A stretch of DNA of 57,546 bases. Source: Octopus sinensis. Lineage: Eukaryota. The translations under genes and the position numbers were made by a program. Position 1 is the first letter of the stretch. Each line of letters opens with the position of its first letter. This document shows positions 12,085 to 25,740 of this stretch, piece by piece. A model generated the notes under the pieces. It was not told the DNA's origin. It saw only the letters and a list, made by a program, of their open reading frames with translations, and did not search any database. Location of the stretch: contig NW_021833605.1 of the NCBI RefSeq assembly GCF_006345805.1, positions 1 through 57,546 on the forward strand. Direction: 5' to 3'.

Positions 12085-12663
12085 ATAGAGAGCCAAGTAG
12101 AAAAAAAAAACGTATATTCAACACCTGCTTCTTTTCGCGTTCAATCAAGGTTCCAAAGCAGTGAAGACTGCTCAAAACATTTGTACTATATATGGAGAAG
12201 GCATTGTTACTGAAAGAACTGCACAGAAAATGGTTTCCACACTTCAAGGCGAGGAGATTTGACCTCACCAACTCCCCGCATTCCGGTGGGCCTGTTCAGG
12301 TCAACTAAAGTCAATTGAATGAGCTCATCCTCTAGGATCCATGCCAGTCCACTTGGGGATTGGTCCAGCAGACAGAATGTTCTCGCGATACTGTCGTCAG
12401 TCACTCTGAACGAAAGAAACAAAGTGCAACAAGCCTCAACCGCTGCTTCTTCAACACAACAGCACTCGTCCTCGTGTCGCTAATTTGACCAAAAATGCTA
12501 TTCAAGAGATCGATTGGAAAGTTCTACCACACCTAACGTATTCTCATGATATAGGACCTTCAGATTTTGACATTTTTTAGTCGGCCTCCAACAGCCTTCA
12601 AGGAGTTTTGTTCAACATTGATGTAAAGCTGAAAACGTGTCTCGATGAATTTCTGTCTCTCAA
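12085..12663 (+). mobile_element. mariner (D34D) transposase remnant, internally deleted
   Basis: QHLLLFAFNQGSKAVKTAQNICTIYGEGIVTERTAQK-WF..SPHSGGP (HTH region) joined to LLQHNSTRPRVA..WKVLPHLTYSHDIGPSDF; 34 residues between catalytic positions, the earlier Asp of this pair mutated to Asn. Confidence 0.9.
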
Positions 12664-12665
12664 AA

Positions 12666-13028
12666 TTTGAATCGTAATTTCCCAGCAGATGCACTGGCGG
12701 TCAAATTCTCGGGGAAATAGACTTTCTAGTCCGTTTCTTTGATTGTCCTTTCCGTTTTCTCGATAAACAAAGCTTCTTCACACACAGCAAACCCAACAGG
12801 GAATTGTTTATATCTTAACCACCCCCAGCTGTAATTAGAAACGTAATCTTAAGGACGTACGAACTCATCAGATAGTCCTAAATATACCAACTCATCACAA
12901 TACCACACAAATGCTATACATTATGCAGTTAAACAAATGACTGTCTTTAGTCGAGCAGTGGTTGATGAGGTGAACAGTCAACGAAACAGATATCCTGAGA
13001 TAACTTGTGGCAAATATTTCATATTTTA
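12666..13028. repeat. Inverted Y copy + spacer + direct X copy (partners of 7806-8013)
   Basis: 12666-12782 is the reverse complement of 7897-8013 with about 5-6 mismatches; 12938-13028 matches 7806-7897. Confidence 0.88.
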
Positions 13029-13223
13029 TTTATGGGTGGTATGTTTGGGGTCTTTTTATTTTATTTTATTTATTTATTTATACATTTTTTTTGCTTCGTT
13101 CGCATGGACATAAAGTCATAGCACCGTTTCCTTGTTTCGCCATTGAATATTCTCGGTGATGAAATATCTTGCTGAGATGAACTAAAATTATTTTGCCTAC
13201 ACTATCTTTATACCACCTACTAT

Positions 13224-13254
<31 letters not shown>

Positions 13255-13287
13255 CTCTATCTATCTATCTATCTATCTATCGATCTA

Positions 13288-13323
<36 letters not shown>

Positions 13324-13519
13324 ATGATATATATATAATATATATCTATATATATTATATAACATACTAGAATATATAATATATATAATATATATATATT
13401 TACATATATTTACATATAATATATATATACATATATATATATATATACTAAATATCCATACACATACACACACACACACTTATAGAGAGATCTTCAAATG
13501 TTTCACAGCCACTTAATGG

Positions 13520-14216
13520 AATCACGAGCAAAGAGTGGCTTTAATGTTTAGTTCACATACAAGTTCTCCCCTCCACCTCATACTCGAAAAGAGTTAGATA
13601 ATGTTAATCTGGTTTAATCCTCCATTCAATTTACATGTCCCCGCTAATATAGCTAAGAGCTTCTTGATTTTAATTAATGAGATCTCCCTAAAACCCGTAC
13701 ATATCATAAACTCTTTAATTCCCATTATGATATAGTTAGCTACACATGCTTAGATAATATCACTTCCAGCATTGCATGCCACAACAGATGCAACATGCAC
13801 CCACACAGTCTTCATTGAATAACTCCAAACTGTAACTGTCGAAATTCTACAAATTGCCTATTGGAAAGATCCTGCCAATCAAAGGCTGTAGACTACAGAG
13901 CCATCTTTAGACAATCCAGTGACACACTACATTGGCATTACAGCCAGTAACTTTTAAAAAAGATACATATAACACATGTACTCATTCATGTGTGGGGACA
14001 GGGGAAATTCCACCGTCATCTCCCACTTCAGTTAGAAACATTGAGACCATTGGAATGACATCTATAAAATCACATGGAGCATCCTTTACATGACTCCATT
14101 TTTACTTGCTTGGAGATCATAAGCTCCAGATCTGTATTCATTAGATATTGTATATACTCAACCAGCTTGCAGAAGCCATCAATAAGAAAAACTACTTACC
14201 TTATTGTTATCACTAG
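13520..14216 (+). mobile_element. Second Penelope-like element remnant (RT thumb/linker + GIY-YIG), Neptune-like
   Basis: Across frameshifts: WFNPPFNLHVPANIAKSFL, HKLFNSHYDIVSYTCLDNI, CQSKAVDYRAI, YIGITASNF*KRY, KITWSIL, QICIH*ILYILN..INKKNYLPYCYH then TAG at 14214. Confidence 0.8.
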
Positions 14217-14939
14217 AGGTATACCCTGTTCATGAACTTCAAACAGTTGGCCACTGGTAACTCAGAACTGCAAACTGAGGTCTTGTTGACTTATGCACAG
14301 TGGCAGGGAATATGGTTCCCGCTATCCATAGATGTTACTGCTTAGTAATTTAACTCAAGCAAGCTATGCAAACTCATATGTAAATTGACTCATATATAAA
14401 TTGACATAATCAAAATTGTTATCTTTCCATGCAGCAACTGTTGTTGTTGAAATACTACACCCTGCAGAATATCTACCCACTGATGTCAAAATCTTGTCTG
14501 CTCTACCACGTGGAGTAATAAATGTTAAGAGCTGACATCACTGAAATAGCACACCCTGCAGAATGCTGACAAAGTGATACCAGCATCCTGTGTGTTCCCA
14601 CCATGTGAATCTAGCAATAAAATAACTAATGTTGCCAAGGCAGCAAAAACAGCCATGTGATCTTAACTGACTGATGAAGGTCTAAATGTGCTTTCCTACA
14701 TGCAGTTTTAAATTCTTTCTTAAGTAATCTCCAGTTGAACATCTGATGATGTGGATGTGTCCTATGCCCATGAAACTTCAGGCAACGAGGAGATGTTTTG
14801 AAATGATAATAAATACATGTAACACCAAGTGTGCTTGGTACTACTTTCTTTTGTTTGTTCAGTCACTTCTGTTTTCTCTTTTGATAAGTTCCAACGTATG
14901 AAGCTCTCAAACCTTGAGTCACTCTCTTACTTCTGCTAA

Positions 14940-15047
14940 ATATTGATATATTAATATATATATACATATATATATATACACATACACACATGAATATGTG
15001 GGTTTATATATATATATATATATATAAACATGCACACATGAATGTGT

Positions 15048-15092
<45 letters not shown>

Positions 15093-15851
15093 TATGCAAA
15101 TGTGTCTGAATGTGTACATATACATGTATAAATACATATAAATATACATATATTACATATGTAATACATATACATATATGTATATAAATATGTATATATA
15201 AATTTATATAAATAAATATGTATATATATAATTGTATGTAGTTGTATATCTATACATATATTTACATTAGTATATATGCGTGTCTATGTGTGTTTATGTG
15301 TGTGTATACATAAATATATATATACATATGCAAACAAAAGCACACATCAAAATAAACTGATATCTATATAAATTCATACACAGAAACACACCCTCTCTCT
15401 ACATATATTTATCTATCTATATATCTATCTATCTATCTCACCCCCTCTCTCTCTCTATCATACGTACACACACACACACACACACACACAAAGTGTACAT
15501 CCATATTTATATAAGAAAAAGCAGAAAGAAAGATTGAAATAACAACAGTAGAGGAATTAGAAGATGGCATTATAGGAGTAGCAGAGAGGGGGAAAGGGAA
15601 GCGGGGTGGCGGGAAAAGGGGGTGGTGCGTAAGAAGGGGATGGGGGGGATGAAGCGCGGGGGGGGGAGAGGGAAGAGAATGCAGAGTGGAGGGAGGGCGG
15701 GGAAAGTAGCTGCCGCCGGTGGTGGTGCAGACTGTAAGTGATGGCAGAAGGGACAGAAATATATATAAATAGTAGAAAAAAAAAAGGAAAAAGGTCTTTG
15801 AATGGACAATATTGCTATGGAATGATGGCTAGAATAGACAAGATAGAATCG

Positions 15852-15884
<33 letters not shown>

Positions 15885-16353
15885 GCACGCACACACACAT
15901 GCACAAATGCACACACGCATATATGCGCACACTCGCATCGCACTTGTACATATAGATGTGTGTTCGCATGCCCATAGCACGCTTACATAGAGGCAGATCC
16001 ACATATATGCGCACTCATATATAGCAGATGGACGTATGCACACAAACACACGTTTTAGAGTCTTGGAGATTCTGAGTGTTTGAAAGGTTTTGGTGGATTA
16101 ATACATAGATTCATAGGCAGACAGATGAAAAGAGATCATCAGATACAATACATACATACATACATACATACCATACATACATATATATATATATAACACC
16201 CCCCCACATATATACATTATATATATATTAATATATATATATTATATATATATACATATATATATATATGCATATATGCATATATACATAACAAATATAT
16301 ATTATATATATATATATATATATAGAGAAGAGTGAGGAGAGAGAGAGAGGATG

Positions 16354-16385
<32 letters not shown>

Positions 16386-16545
16386 TAGATATGTATGTTA
16401 TATATATTTTGTTTTTATCTGTTACTTGTTTCAGTCATTTCCCAGCGGCCATGCTGGGGTACCACCTTCAACAATTTATTTAGTTGATTGAATCAACCCC
16501 ATATACATACATGCATACACACACACACATATATATACATACATA

Positions 16546-16581
<36 letters not shown>

Positions 16582-16877
16582 TTATATATATACATATATA
16601 TATATGTGTGTGTGTGTATATATATATGTATATATATGTATATCTGTGTGTGTGTATCCACATATATATATGTCTATATATGTATGTATATATGTATATA
16701 TGTATGTATGTATCTATGTACATACATATGTATGTACATATCTATGTAGCTATGTATGTGTAAGTATAGAGGTTGATGAACCTGAAAAGATTGTCAGATA
16801 CGATATATTAGTATATATATATATTGATAGATAGGCTGGAAGACAGACAGACAGATAAACAACAGACAGACAGACAA

Positions 16878-16921
<44 letters not shown>

Positions 16922-17050
16922 TAGATAGATAGAAGGATGGATAGATAGATAGATAGAGAGAAAGAGAGAGAGAGATAAATACAGAAAAACAGAAACAAAT
17001 TTTGTTAGTTTATACAGATCTACACACACACATGCACACACATACACATA
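14940..17050. repeat. TA/CA/GATA/GA microsatellite mosaic with a G-rich patch at 15580-15740
   Basis: Directly visible. Confidence 0.9.
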
Positions 17051-17397
17051 CATACACAGACACACACTGAGAAATAGAGACAAAGCGGTGTGTGTATGTG
17101 CCTGTGTGTGTGCATCCTTGATATGATGATGAAGGAAAGACAGAAGTCATACAAGTGAAAGAAAATGAAATAAAGAAAGAAGAAAGAAAAGAAAATTGAG
17201 AGAAAATAGAAGAAAAATTGGAGTGGAATGGAAAGAGATTGATGAATGGGAGGGAGTAGAGAGGAAGAAGGGACTTTTGATGGATTTGAGGGTTGGAGAA
17301 AGTGTAAAGGTTAAAGGGGACACACTCATACATGGATAGTTACCAATTATTTTCACACACACACGCACACTCATACACACGTATACACACCTGTGAT

Positions 17398-17553
17398 TGT
17401 CCCCCCCCCACAACTGCTTGACAACATGTGTTGGTTTGTTTATGACCCCGTAAATTAACGGTTTAACAAAAGAGACTGATTCTGCTAACTAAAAGCTCTT
17501 TAAGGTGTTGCTCCAGTTCGGCCACAGTCTAATGACTGAAACAAGTAAAAGAT
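17398..17553 (+). mobile_element. SINE F1 3' half, diverged
   Basis: ctgcttgacaac..ctccag..aatgactgaaacaagtaaaag matches the 3' half of other F1 copies. Confidence 0.7.
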
Positions 17554-17574
17554 GAAAGAAAGAGAAATATTATG

Positions 17575-17726
17575 CATATCTATCCATCCATCCTTCTATC
17601 TATCTATCTATCTATCTATCGATTCTATCTATCTATCTATCTGTCTGTCTGCCTATCTATCTATCTATCTGTCTATCTATCTATCTGTCAGTCTATCTGT
17701 CTGTCTGTCTGTCTGTCTGCTGCTGC

Positions 17727-17813
<87 letters not shown>

Positions 17814-18005
17814 TCTATCTACTGTCTATCTATCTATCTATCTATCTATCTTATCTATCTATCTGTCTATCTATCTATATATTTATCTATCTATCTATCA
17901 ACACACAAACACACATACATACACACACATGCATACACATGCACATGCACACACACACACGCACATGCACACACACACACACACACACATGTATGTATAT
18001 ATGTG
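17575..18005. repeat. (TATC)n/(TGTC)n/(CA)n microsatellite
   Basis: Directly visible. Confidence 0.95.
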
Positions 18006-18300
18006 ATGGACTCCCTTGTTGAAGACAATGTATGAGAGCTTAGCTTTTTTGCCAAACGACCTGCGCAAATGATTTGTTTATAATGATCAAATGTTCGTGT
18101 CAGACATTAACTCATTTCCTCCCTCAGTTCGACGTTGCCTGAAGAGTTGCACAGTGTACCATGCATCAAGTATCGAAGTGATTGCAGAGCAAAGTGACAT
18201 GAAGTGTTCTTCTATGCAAGGACACAAGAAGTAAAAAACGAATTATCTGCCCTTCCGCCAAAACTTTCTTTAGGCTGGTTGCACTGCCTTCACCCTTTAT

Positions 18301-18565
18301 CATCATCATCATCATTGTTTAACGTCCGCTTTCCATGTTAGCATAGGTTGGATGGTTCGACTGGGGTCTGGGAAGCCAGGAGGCTGCACCAGGCCCAGTC
18401 TGATCTGGCTGGATGCCCTTCCTAATCGCCAACCACTTCATGAGTGTAGTGGGTGCTTTTTACGTGTCACCGGTACAGGTGCCAGTCGAGGTTGGCAACG
18501 GCCATGATCGGTTGGTGCTTTTTACATGCCACCGGCACGGAGGCCAGTCGAAGCGGCGCTGGCAC
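18301..18565 (-). mobile_element. RTE-type 3' tail repeat F3
   Basis: (cat)n followed by the reverse complement of the F3 consensus. Confidence 0.85.
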
Positions 18566-18619
18566 GCTGAGGTTTGACCATGATTGCTTCAGTTTTCTTT
18601 CTTGTGTTACAGAGTAAAC

Positions 18620-18935
18620 ATGGCCTCTCCACTGGCAGTGTGCACCAAGAAAGACCAGAGATCAGTGATATGATTTATCTGGCTTGAAGGTGTTTCAGGG
18701 GCTGAAATTTATTGGAGGCTTTCATTACAACACAGGGACAATGCTCTACTGTGTAGAAGGGTGTACGAGTGAGCTGAGAAGTTTAATAATGGCCAGAGAA
18801 GCATGAAGCATGAAGAAGGAGCAGGGTGTCCATCAACCTCTACCATTGACATGAAGATTGAAGAAGCTCAAGAGATGATTCTGGCCAATGGAAGAGTGAC
18901 CATTGATGAGGTGGCATGTTCCCTGCAAATAGTCA
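18620..18935 (+). mobile_element. mariner transposase N-terminal remnant
   Basis: MASPLAVCTKKDQRSVI*FIWLEGVSGAEIYWRL..VYE*AEKFNNG..GCPSTST..ANGRVTIDEVACSLQI (paired HTH region); truncated by an F1 SINE. Confidence 0.88.
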
Positions 18936-18941
18936 TACATA

Positions 18942-19187
18942 TTCTTTCATTCTTTTACTTGTTTCAGTCATTTGACTTTGGGCCATGCTGGAGCACCACC
19001 TTGAAGGGTTTTTAGTCAAACAAATCGACCCCAGGACATATTTCTTAAGCCTAATATTTATTCTGCCAATGTCTTTTGCTGAACCACCAAGTTACAGGGA
19101 TACAAACACACCAATACCTGTTGTCAGACATTTAAGGGGAGACAAACACACACACACACACACACACGCATATACACACTTATATAG

Positions 19188-19233
<46 letters not shown>

Positions 19234-19390
19234 GGCTTCTTTCAGTTTCCATCTAAGAAATCCACTCACAAAGCTTTGGTTGGCCCAAGATTATAGCAGA
19301 AGACACTTACCCAAGGAGCCATGCAGTGGGACTGAACCCAGAACCATGCCGTTAAGAAGCAAGCTTCTTATCACACAACCACACCTGCAC
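18942..19390 (-). mobile_element. SINE F1, near full length: tRNA-like head, CORE-like ccttgggcaagtgtctt, internal (TA)n(TG)n, 3' tail
   Basis: Colinear with copies at 33213, 42888, 44704 and 49008. tRNA-derived CORE SINEs are known from octopus (OR1/OR2) but exact family assignment needs a search. Confidence 0.85.
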
Positions 19391-19425
<35 letters not shown>

Positions 19426-19477
19426 TATTTTTTTATTGTTTCAATGGTTCCAGTGGCCATGCTGCAGCTTTATTTAT

Positions 19478-19660
19478 TTTAATCCTATGCGTGTAAGCGA
19501 AAGCAGGGTATTATAGTTGCTTGTCTTTGTTTGTTTGTCTGTGTGTTTGCAAAATTACTGGAAAACAGCTGAATGGATTTTCACCAAATTTGGCAGAAAT
19601 ACTCAATGGGGGAATGGCTCAAGATGATGAAAATTTGGTTTGAATACCTTCAAGCATTCG
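19478..19660 (+). mobile_element. Possible Helentron/HINE-like non-autonomous fragment
   Basis: T-rich start, short cct..aggg segment, (TTTG/TCTG) microsatellite, then aaaacagctgaatggattttcaccaaatttggc resembling HINE cores (from memory). Confidence 0.35.
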
Positions 19661-20102
19661 TAAATACATACACAGATATGTGACTCTGTGCGCATGCGTG
19701 TGTGTGTGTGTGTGTGTGTACAGTAATGGACTTAAGGGTTTCGTTTATTTACGAGTTGATTTCTTAATTTTATAGACCATAAATCCCTATAATGGTGATA
19801 CTTAAAAAAAAGAAAAAAATGTCTGCATGCAGGATATGCATCGCCCCTCTGATGCCATTTTTTTTTCATCTTTTAGTTTTGTTGTTGTTTTATGGTTGGT
19901 GGGTTGTCTACATCAGTGGTACTCAACCATTTCTTTTTACTTATGAACCCTTTGATCCTTTATATTCTTGGGTGAACCCCTCTCCCCTATAGCCAGTCAA
20001 TGTTTAAAAGAAACCTTATTGTATTTTTATGATTAAATATTATTAGGAACTGTAGAAAAGAAAAGTATTAAAATAAATATTTTGTGTAGAAGTATAAGCA
20101 AT

Positions 20103-20341
20103 TTATTACTCTCTTTACTCTTTTACTTGTTTCAGTCATTTGACTGTGGCCATGCTGGAGCACCACCTTTAGTCGAGCAAATCGACCCCAGGACTTATTC
20201 TTTGTAAGCCTAGTACTTACTTATTCTATTGGTTTCTTTTGCCGGACCGCTAAATTACGGTGATGTAAACACACCAGCATCGGTTGTCAAGCGATGTTGG
20301 AGGGGAAAAACACAGACACACAAACATACACACACACACAC

Positions 20342-20381
<40 letters not shown>

Positions 20382-20479
20382 TACGATGAGCTTCTTTCAG
20401 TTTCCATCTACCAAATCCACTCACAAGGCTTTGGTTGGCCCGAGGCTATAGTAGAAGACACTTGCCCAAGGTGCCATAC
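20103..20479 (-). mobile_element. SINE F1, lacking the tRNA head
   Basis: Colinear with other F1 copies; a further partial copy lies at 20930-21105. Confidence 0.85.
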
Positions 20480-21111
20480 CTTTGTGGAATCAGGGTGATC
20501 CCAGGGGTTGAAACCTTGCCCTTCATTTGGTTCTTGAACATCTAACACTGAGATCTGATTCAAAAGCATTTGGGCTGCTATTTCTTGCAGGTAAAGTTTG
20601 GCTGATTCACGCCATCTCAGTTGGTGTTTGTTGGTTGATGCCAGAGATCAAGGGGGATATAAATGGCATTTGCTTCATTAATTTTATATTGAGATAAGAA
20701 ATTTGGGACAAATTGGCCAACAGTTCAGCTTGGGATTGGAACAATAGAAAGATTGCATTACAGAATTCTCATCCATCCTTAACCTCTGATCAAACACCAC
20801 CAGGGTACATTAGTCATTATAGACATGTTATAGTCAAGCTATTCAGCTCTCCTTAGTTTGGGGCTGCAGGACCACTTAACCCTCCATAGGAATCAGCTTA
20901 AAGGTCCACACAGAGGGCAGCTTTTAAGCTCTTTTACTCTTTTCTTTGTTTTAGTCATATCACTGCAGCCACGCTGGAGCAACACCTTTAGTCACACAAA
21001 TCGACCCCAGGACTTATTCTTTGTAAGCCTAGTACTTATTCTATCGCTCTCAAACACACCAGCATCGGCTGTCAAGCAATGGTTGAGGGGCAAGCACAGA
21101 CACACAAATAT

Positions 21112-21154
<43 letters not shown>

Positions 21155-21235
21155 TGTAACACACACACACACGTAGACACATGCACACGCATGTGCACAC
21201 ACATATATCTATGTCTATATCTATCTATCTGTCTA

Positions 21236-21284
<49 letters not shown>

Positions 21285-21295
21285 ATATATATATA

Positions 21296-21526
21296 CAGGG
21301 TGGCCCTAAAGTAGGTTTACAGTTATTCAACTATCTCTTTTGCATTCATATATTAACAGTTTAGATCTTAATTATAAAAAAAATATGAAACCGTTATTCT
21401 ATGCTAATTTAGTTAATTTTCTCAAGCTCCCATTTCAGTTTGTAAGATAGAAATTTAAATGTAATGAAATGTTTTAAAAGAAATTTAAAGTTCCTACGTG
21501 ATAACTGTAAACCTACTTTTGGGCCA
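21296..21526. mobile_element. Tc1/mariner-type MITE; right TIR clipped by an F3 insertion
   Basis: TA-cagggtggccctaaagtaggtttacagttat; 21501-21526 is its reverse complement at 25/26 positions. Confidence 0.8.
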
Positions 21527-21666
21527 GGAAGGGCATCCATCTGTAGAAGCATGCCAGATCAGACTGGAGCCTGGTGCAGCCTCCTGGCTTCCCAGACACC
21601 CCGGTCGAATCGTCCAACCCATGCTAGCATGGAAAACAGACGTTAAACAATGATGATGATGATGAT
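21527..21666 (+). mobile_element. RTE-type 3' tail repeat F3, short
   Basis: ggaagggcatcc..ccagatcagactggag..(gat)n. Confidence 0.85.
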
Positions 21667-21675
21667 TATATATAT

Positions 21676-21729
<54 letters not shown>

Positions 21730-21939
21730 CACACCACACAGACACAGACACTTAAATGGCTTTCCAAAAGTATCAATCTACTGACTTGACTCACAGGGCA
21801 TTGGTCAGCCAAGACAGTGATCAAAGACATTTGTCCAAGGTCAAGAAGTTGCTTATTTGGGATTTGAACTCAAAACCATGTGGCTGTGAAGTGAACTTCA
21901 TCATTCAGCTTTTGCCTGTGACTATATTCATAGGTGTGT

Positions 21940-22023
21940 GTGTGTGTGTGTATGTGTGTATGTGTGTGTGACTTCATGCAATACATATGTCTATCTATTT
22001 ATCTATAATCTATGTATACACAC

Positions 22024-22055
<32 letters not shown>

Positions 22056-22173
22056 ATACCTGTACATTTATATACACAAATATGTATATATATATATATG
22101 TATGTATATATATATTATGCATATGTATGTATGTCTATATCTATCTATCTATCTATGTATCTATCTATCTATG

Positions 22174-22217
<44 letters not shown>

Positions 22218-22587
22218 CATCTATCTATCTATCTGTCTGTCTATGTATCTATGCGTCTGTAATTATTTATACACACACATGCATATGTATACTTTATATA
22301 CATATAAATAACATATACGTACATATAAATTATATATATATATATGTATGTATTATATATATGTAAATATAAATATATATATTTATATATATACCTATCA
22401 AAGTATCAAAGTATCAAAGTATCAAAGTATATAAATTATATAATGTTTATGTGTGCATATAAATATATGTATATATACATATACACACACACACATATAT
22501 ATATATATATAATATAATTATATATACTTAAGTACTAAGATATACGTGTGTATATATAAGTTTTGGATTTTATCCCTCAAATATTAA

Positions 22588-22624
<37 letters not shown>

Positions 22625-23136
22625 GTGTGTGTGTGTATATTATATATATATATATATATGAGTGTGTATGTATTCACTATATAAGTGTATATATATACAC
22701 ATATACCATATACCTACGTATATATAATAGGGTTAAAATTGTGGAAGAGGGACAAAAATATATATATATATATATATAAGGGGGAAATGAAAAGGGAAAA
22801 AAATGCGAAGAGCGGAGACTGAGAAAGTGGAGGAATGAATGACAGTGAGTGTGTGTGTATGTGTGTGCGAATGCATGTGTGTGTATGTGTGTGTGTATGC
22901 GTGTGTGTAATCGCGTATGAGATAGAAATGCGCGCGCAGACACACACACACACATAGACACACAATCAAACACATACGCATAATCCCTCACGTAAATAAA
23001 AAAAAAGAACGAAAGATATACGTATGTGTAACATGGTTATGTGTCCGTGTGTTTGTATAAGCATGCGTGTGCGTGTATTTTGAAGCATTGCATTTTTTTT
23101 TACCTCGTTTTGTCTTCCGCATTTTTTCGTTGTTTC

Positions 23137-23171
<35 letters not shown>

Positions 23172-23188
23172 GGGAATCCTTCTATCTG

Positions 23189-23259
<71 letters not shown>

Positions 23260-23316
23260 GTCTGTCTGTCATCTATCTATCTATATCTATCTATCTATTA
23301 TCTATCTATCTGTCTG

Positions 23317-23377
<61 letters not shown>

Positions 23378-23400
23378 TTATCTATCTGTCTATCTATCTG

Positions 23401-23475
<75 letters not shown>

Positions 23476-23498
23476 GTCTGGCTATCTATCTATCTGTC

Positions 23499-23547
<49 letters not shown>

Positions 23548-23774
23548 GTCTATCTATCTGTCTATCTATCTATCCATCCATCCTCCTATCTATCTGTCTA
23601 TCTATCTATCCATCAGTCTATCACCATACACACATACATAATACATACATACACACATACATACATACATACATACACATACATACACACATGCACACAT
23701 ACATACATACACACATACATACATACATACATACATACATACATACACACATACATACACACACACATATACAC

Positions 23775-23808
<34 letters not shown>

Positions 23809-23850
23809 CAATCTATCTACTTGTATAATATACATACACACATGCACAGA
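21940..23850. repeat. TA/TATC/TACA/TG microsatellite mosaic including a ~440-bp (TATC)n array at 23180-23620
   Basis: Directly visible. Confidence 0.95.
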
Positions 23851-24051
23851 TATTTGAATGAATGAAATAATCAAGGTTGATGTGTGCGTGTGTGTTTGTA
23901 TGTGTGCGTTTGTATGTGTGTGTGCGTATGTGTGTGCCTGTTTGCGCGCGCGAAAGAGGGTGGAAGAATGAGAGAAAAAGAGAGAGAGAGAGAGAGAAAG
24001 AGATGAGGGAAGGTAAAAAAAGAATAGAAAAGGGGAAACAGTGAAAAGAAT

Positions 24052-24082
<31 letters not shown>

Positions 24083-24499
24083 AAGAAATATATGTATATG
24101 TATACGTGTGATATCTGTGTGTATGTGTGTGTGTGTGTGTGTGTGGAAAAAGAGAGACAGACAGACAGAGGAGGAAATATAGAAAAAAGACGGCATAAAA
24201 GAAATGAGAATATGGATTAGAAGGAGTGAGAGGAATGGTGGGAGTGGTTGGGGGATTGTAAAGAGAAAGATTAAAAAGAAAGAGAGGGAAATGGCAAGAG
24301 AGAAAGAAAGAGAGTAAAGAGAGGGGGGTAATAAACATGCAGTTAACAGTAGTAGTAAGGTGGTGGAAGCAGTGGGTATAAACTGGAGCATGCAGTTGTG
24401 TACATGTATACTATTTTTATATGTATGTGTGTGAGTGTGTGTGTGTGTATACATACATACACACGCACACGTATGGTTATGAATATTCATGAGACTGTG

Positions 24500-25149
24500 A
24501 CATTCAGCTTAGTCTCTTTCTCTCTCTCTTTCAACCATTGCATTTGTTTCCATATTTTTTTCTCGTCTCCCTCTCATTCTCTCTCCTTATACTTCTTTCC
24601 CTTTCTATTTCGTCCTCCAATTTATTTTTTTTTGTGTATACTTTCTCTTTTCTCTCTATTTACATATTTTCTTTCCTTTTCCCCTCTTTCCCTTTTCTTT
24701 CTTTTTTCCTGCTTTTCTTCTTCTTCTTCCCTTTTCGCACTTTCTTTCTTCCTCTCTTCTCTCTCCAGCCTTCACATATCTTTTTCTTCCTCTTTTTTTT
24801 TCCTGGAAATCAATCTTTTCACCTTCTTTCTCTTTCCTTTCCCGCTCTTTCTCTTTCACTTCATCTCTCTCTCTCTCTCACACACACACACAAACTCTAT
24901 TTCTATTATTTCCTTTTACCTTTTCATCTTTTCTTTATACGCCACTCTCCTTCCACCGTCTCTTTCCCTTTTCTCTTACCTGCCAATTCTCTGACCCTCA
25001 TTTTCCCCTATTTCCGTCTCATTTCCTTTTTTTTTCGTCTTACCCTCTCTTCTTTCTTTCTTCGTTCGTTCCCTTCTTTCTTTCCTTCTGTCTGTCTGTC
25101 TATCTGTCTATCTATCTATCTGTCTATCTATCTATCTGTCTATCTATCC

Positions 25150-25233
<84 letters not shown>

Positions 25234-25740
25234 CCATTTCTCTCTATCTATCTGTCCCTTTTTTTATATCATTACAGCGCAAACACTATCTTTCTTCCTT
25301 TTTTCATCTTCTCTCTCAAACTTCGCCCTTTCTTTTCTTTTCTCGAGTTATCATTTTAGTCTTCCTTTTCTCTCTTTCTCCTTATCTTATTTCTTTACAT
25401 TCTTCCCCCTCTCTCCTTCCTGTTTCCCTCTCTCTCTCTTTCAATCATTTTTTCCTTTTTATCCTTTTCCCCTTATATATATTTATCCACCTTTTCTCTC
25501 ATCCATTCTCTTTCTCCTTTTCTTTCTCCATTCTCTTCCTCCGTTTCTTTCTTCACTATCTCCTTGATTCTTTTTTCTTTCATTCTCTCGCCGTCTCTTT
25601 CCCTTTATTTTTCTTCTTTACTCTCCATACATGTCTCTTTCTATCACCGTTTTTGTTTTCCCTATCGCCGTCTTTCCCCTTATTTCTCCCACCCTTTCTT
25701 CCCTATTTTTTCCCAACTTTCACTTTACTTTCTGTCTTCC
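24500..25740. repeat. ~1.2-kb polypyrimidine (T/C) tract with embedded (TATC)n; purine-rich block at 23950-24340
   Basis: Directly visible strand asymmetry. Confidence 0.9.

Noticed and set aside
12864-12871. CTGATGAG on the minus strand (and CTGATGA at 14671 on plus) as further hammerheads
   Set aside because: No stem II followed by GAAA downstream.
20581-20597. tttcttgcag|gtaaag as a recursive-splicing ratchet point
   Set aside because: Lies upstream of the only supported gene start, among repeat fragments; a single 17-mer is not evidence.
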